Shown here piece by piece: positions 62,583 to 64,000 of a stretch of 64,000 bases of DNA. The stretch's first letter is position 1, and each line of letters opens with the position of its first letter. Below the pieces are notes generated by a model. That model was not told where the DNA came from, made no database searches, and was given only the letters and a program-made list of their open reading frames with translations. Origin of the DNA: the human T2T-CHM13v2.0 reference genome, Homo sapiens; assembly GCF_009914755.1 (NCBI RefSeq), contig NC_060927.1, one strand, 5' to 3'. A program made the translations under genes and the position numbers.

Positions 62583-63429
62583 CCTCGGGCCAGGTCATTC
62601 ACCTTGAAATCCCCCGCCTCTGATGAAGAGCCTTGTGTGCAAGCGGTGCTGCCCGGTGTTTGCAAGGGGAACAGGACCTAGGGCATGTCTGTCCACGTAG
62701 GCTTTCACTCACGCACCTGTTTCACAGTGAGGACCTACTGTGTGGTATTTGGCGTCACCCCTGCTGGGGAGTTCCCAGGAAGACTATGACACAAGGAGGT
62801 GCTGCTCCGGTTTTCTCTGAGCTTCCGGTCCCCACCTTCCCTGAGTTTGCAGTCCTTGCCACCTCTGAGCTTGTGATTCCAAACCAGAAGTAACTGTGGA
62901 ATTAATAATTCCCCTGAATCTAATCATACATTGGTAAGTGCTATGAAGGAGTGAAAGCAACAGAGAAGGAAACTTGAACCCGTGAGATGCTCCTGTGTGC
63001 ATCTCAAGGAAGCCTCCCGCAAGAAGGCCAGGGCTGAGCTGGAGTCAGATAACGGGAGGGATAAATTAGAACTGGCCAAACTCAGGTAGATGGGGAAAAG
63101 GCATTTCAGATTGGGAAACAGACACAGAGAACTGAAAGAGGGAGCAGGCTTAAGGAAGAGCACATGTTGAGCACATAATGAGGACATTTCAGGCATGGTG
63201 AGTGGCCAGAAAGAGGGGAATCTGGGGAGTAAAAGGGTCTTTTGGTGCTACCGAAATCTGACTCCAGTCAGCTCAGGCATCTACAGAGGATAATGTGAGT
63301 GCAGGGCCAGGCAGACTTCAGTCCCTTCCACAGAATAAAACAGTGGCTGAAACCAGCCAGAAGAGGGCTAAACATCTACAATTTTTGATATCTAAAAAAT
63401 TGATTGCAAAATCACAGTATGGGAGAGAC

Positions 63430-63910
63430 TGAGAAAGATTGAAATTGACCACAAGTTCAATATGAGCTAGGAGGCTACTGAAAAGCCAACACTCTGGGGC
63501 CATATTAACTAAGGCCTAATGCCCACAATAAAGAAGGGGATGGTCTTCCTATACAGTTTTCAGAACTGGACTATGCCTCAGCAGATGGAAAGAAACAGAG
63601 CATGTCTAGAGGAGAGGGCTGGAGGACCCACAGTGAATGAGCTGGAGCTGCTCAGCCTGGAGAAGGTAGTTTCTGGGATCCCTAGTCACTACTCCACAGG
63701 GTCTGCAGGCCTGACCCAGGACAGAGTGAGCAGGAAGGACTGTGTCCCAGAGCACAGAGCTGGGACCCCAGTTGTTGGCAGGAGTCAGAGAGCAGTAGAT
63801 TCCTGCTCAGTCAGAGGGCAACCTCCCCAACAAAGCTCACCAGGGTTCAAGAGGGTTGCTGGTGAGGTAATGAGCTCCCTGTCCTGGAATGTATGTAAGC
63901 AGCAGCTGGG
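63430..63910 (+). mobile_element. L3/CR1 LINE fossil
   Basis: gaccacaagttcaatatgagc, gctgctcagcctggagaag and gaggtaatgagctccctgtcctggaa are CR1/L3 3' motifs. Confidence 0.55.
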
Positions 63911-64000
63911 GTTTGTAAAGGGGACTCCTGCACCAGGTTGGGTGGGGCTGCAATCCAGAGCCTCCTCTGCCTGCCAGCCATGCCCCAAACCTGTCTGGAG

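Overview
Primate (almost certainly human) genomic DNA. The only supportable protein-coding sequence is the last coding exon of WNT7A on the minus strand (56058->55579, codons ~191-349 plus stop). The last intron lies to its right (56059-64000), and the 3'UTR with several candidate poly(A) signals lies to its left. From established knowledge WNT7A maps to 3p25. The remaining ~53 kb is non-coding downstream sequence rich in interspersed repeats: 9 Alu/FLAM copies, a ~3.1 kb ERVL pol/dUTPase fossil, MaLR/ERVL solo LTRs, hAT and Tigger DNA-transposon fossils, L1/L2/MIR/L3 fragments and simple repeats. The other ORFs in the track are chance frames, antisense shadows or repeat-derived. I found no evidence of a new protein-coding system, CRISPR array or structural RNA gene. 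The best leads are cis-regulatory or RNA-structural: a 36-bp minisatellite carrying repeated GTGGGAA (CSL/RBPJ-type) cores, several motif-dense islands that could be WNT7A enhancers, overlapping mutually exclusive hairpins at 25.4 kb, and alternative poly(A) sites that gate miR-15/16 and Pumilio sites. Repeat subfamily names come from recalled consensus sequences and boundaries are approximate unless TSDs/TIRs are quoted. Every regulatory claim is a motif-level hypothesis.
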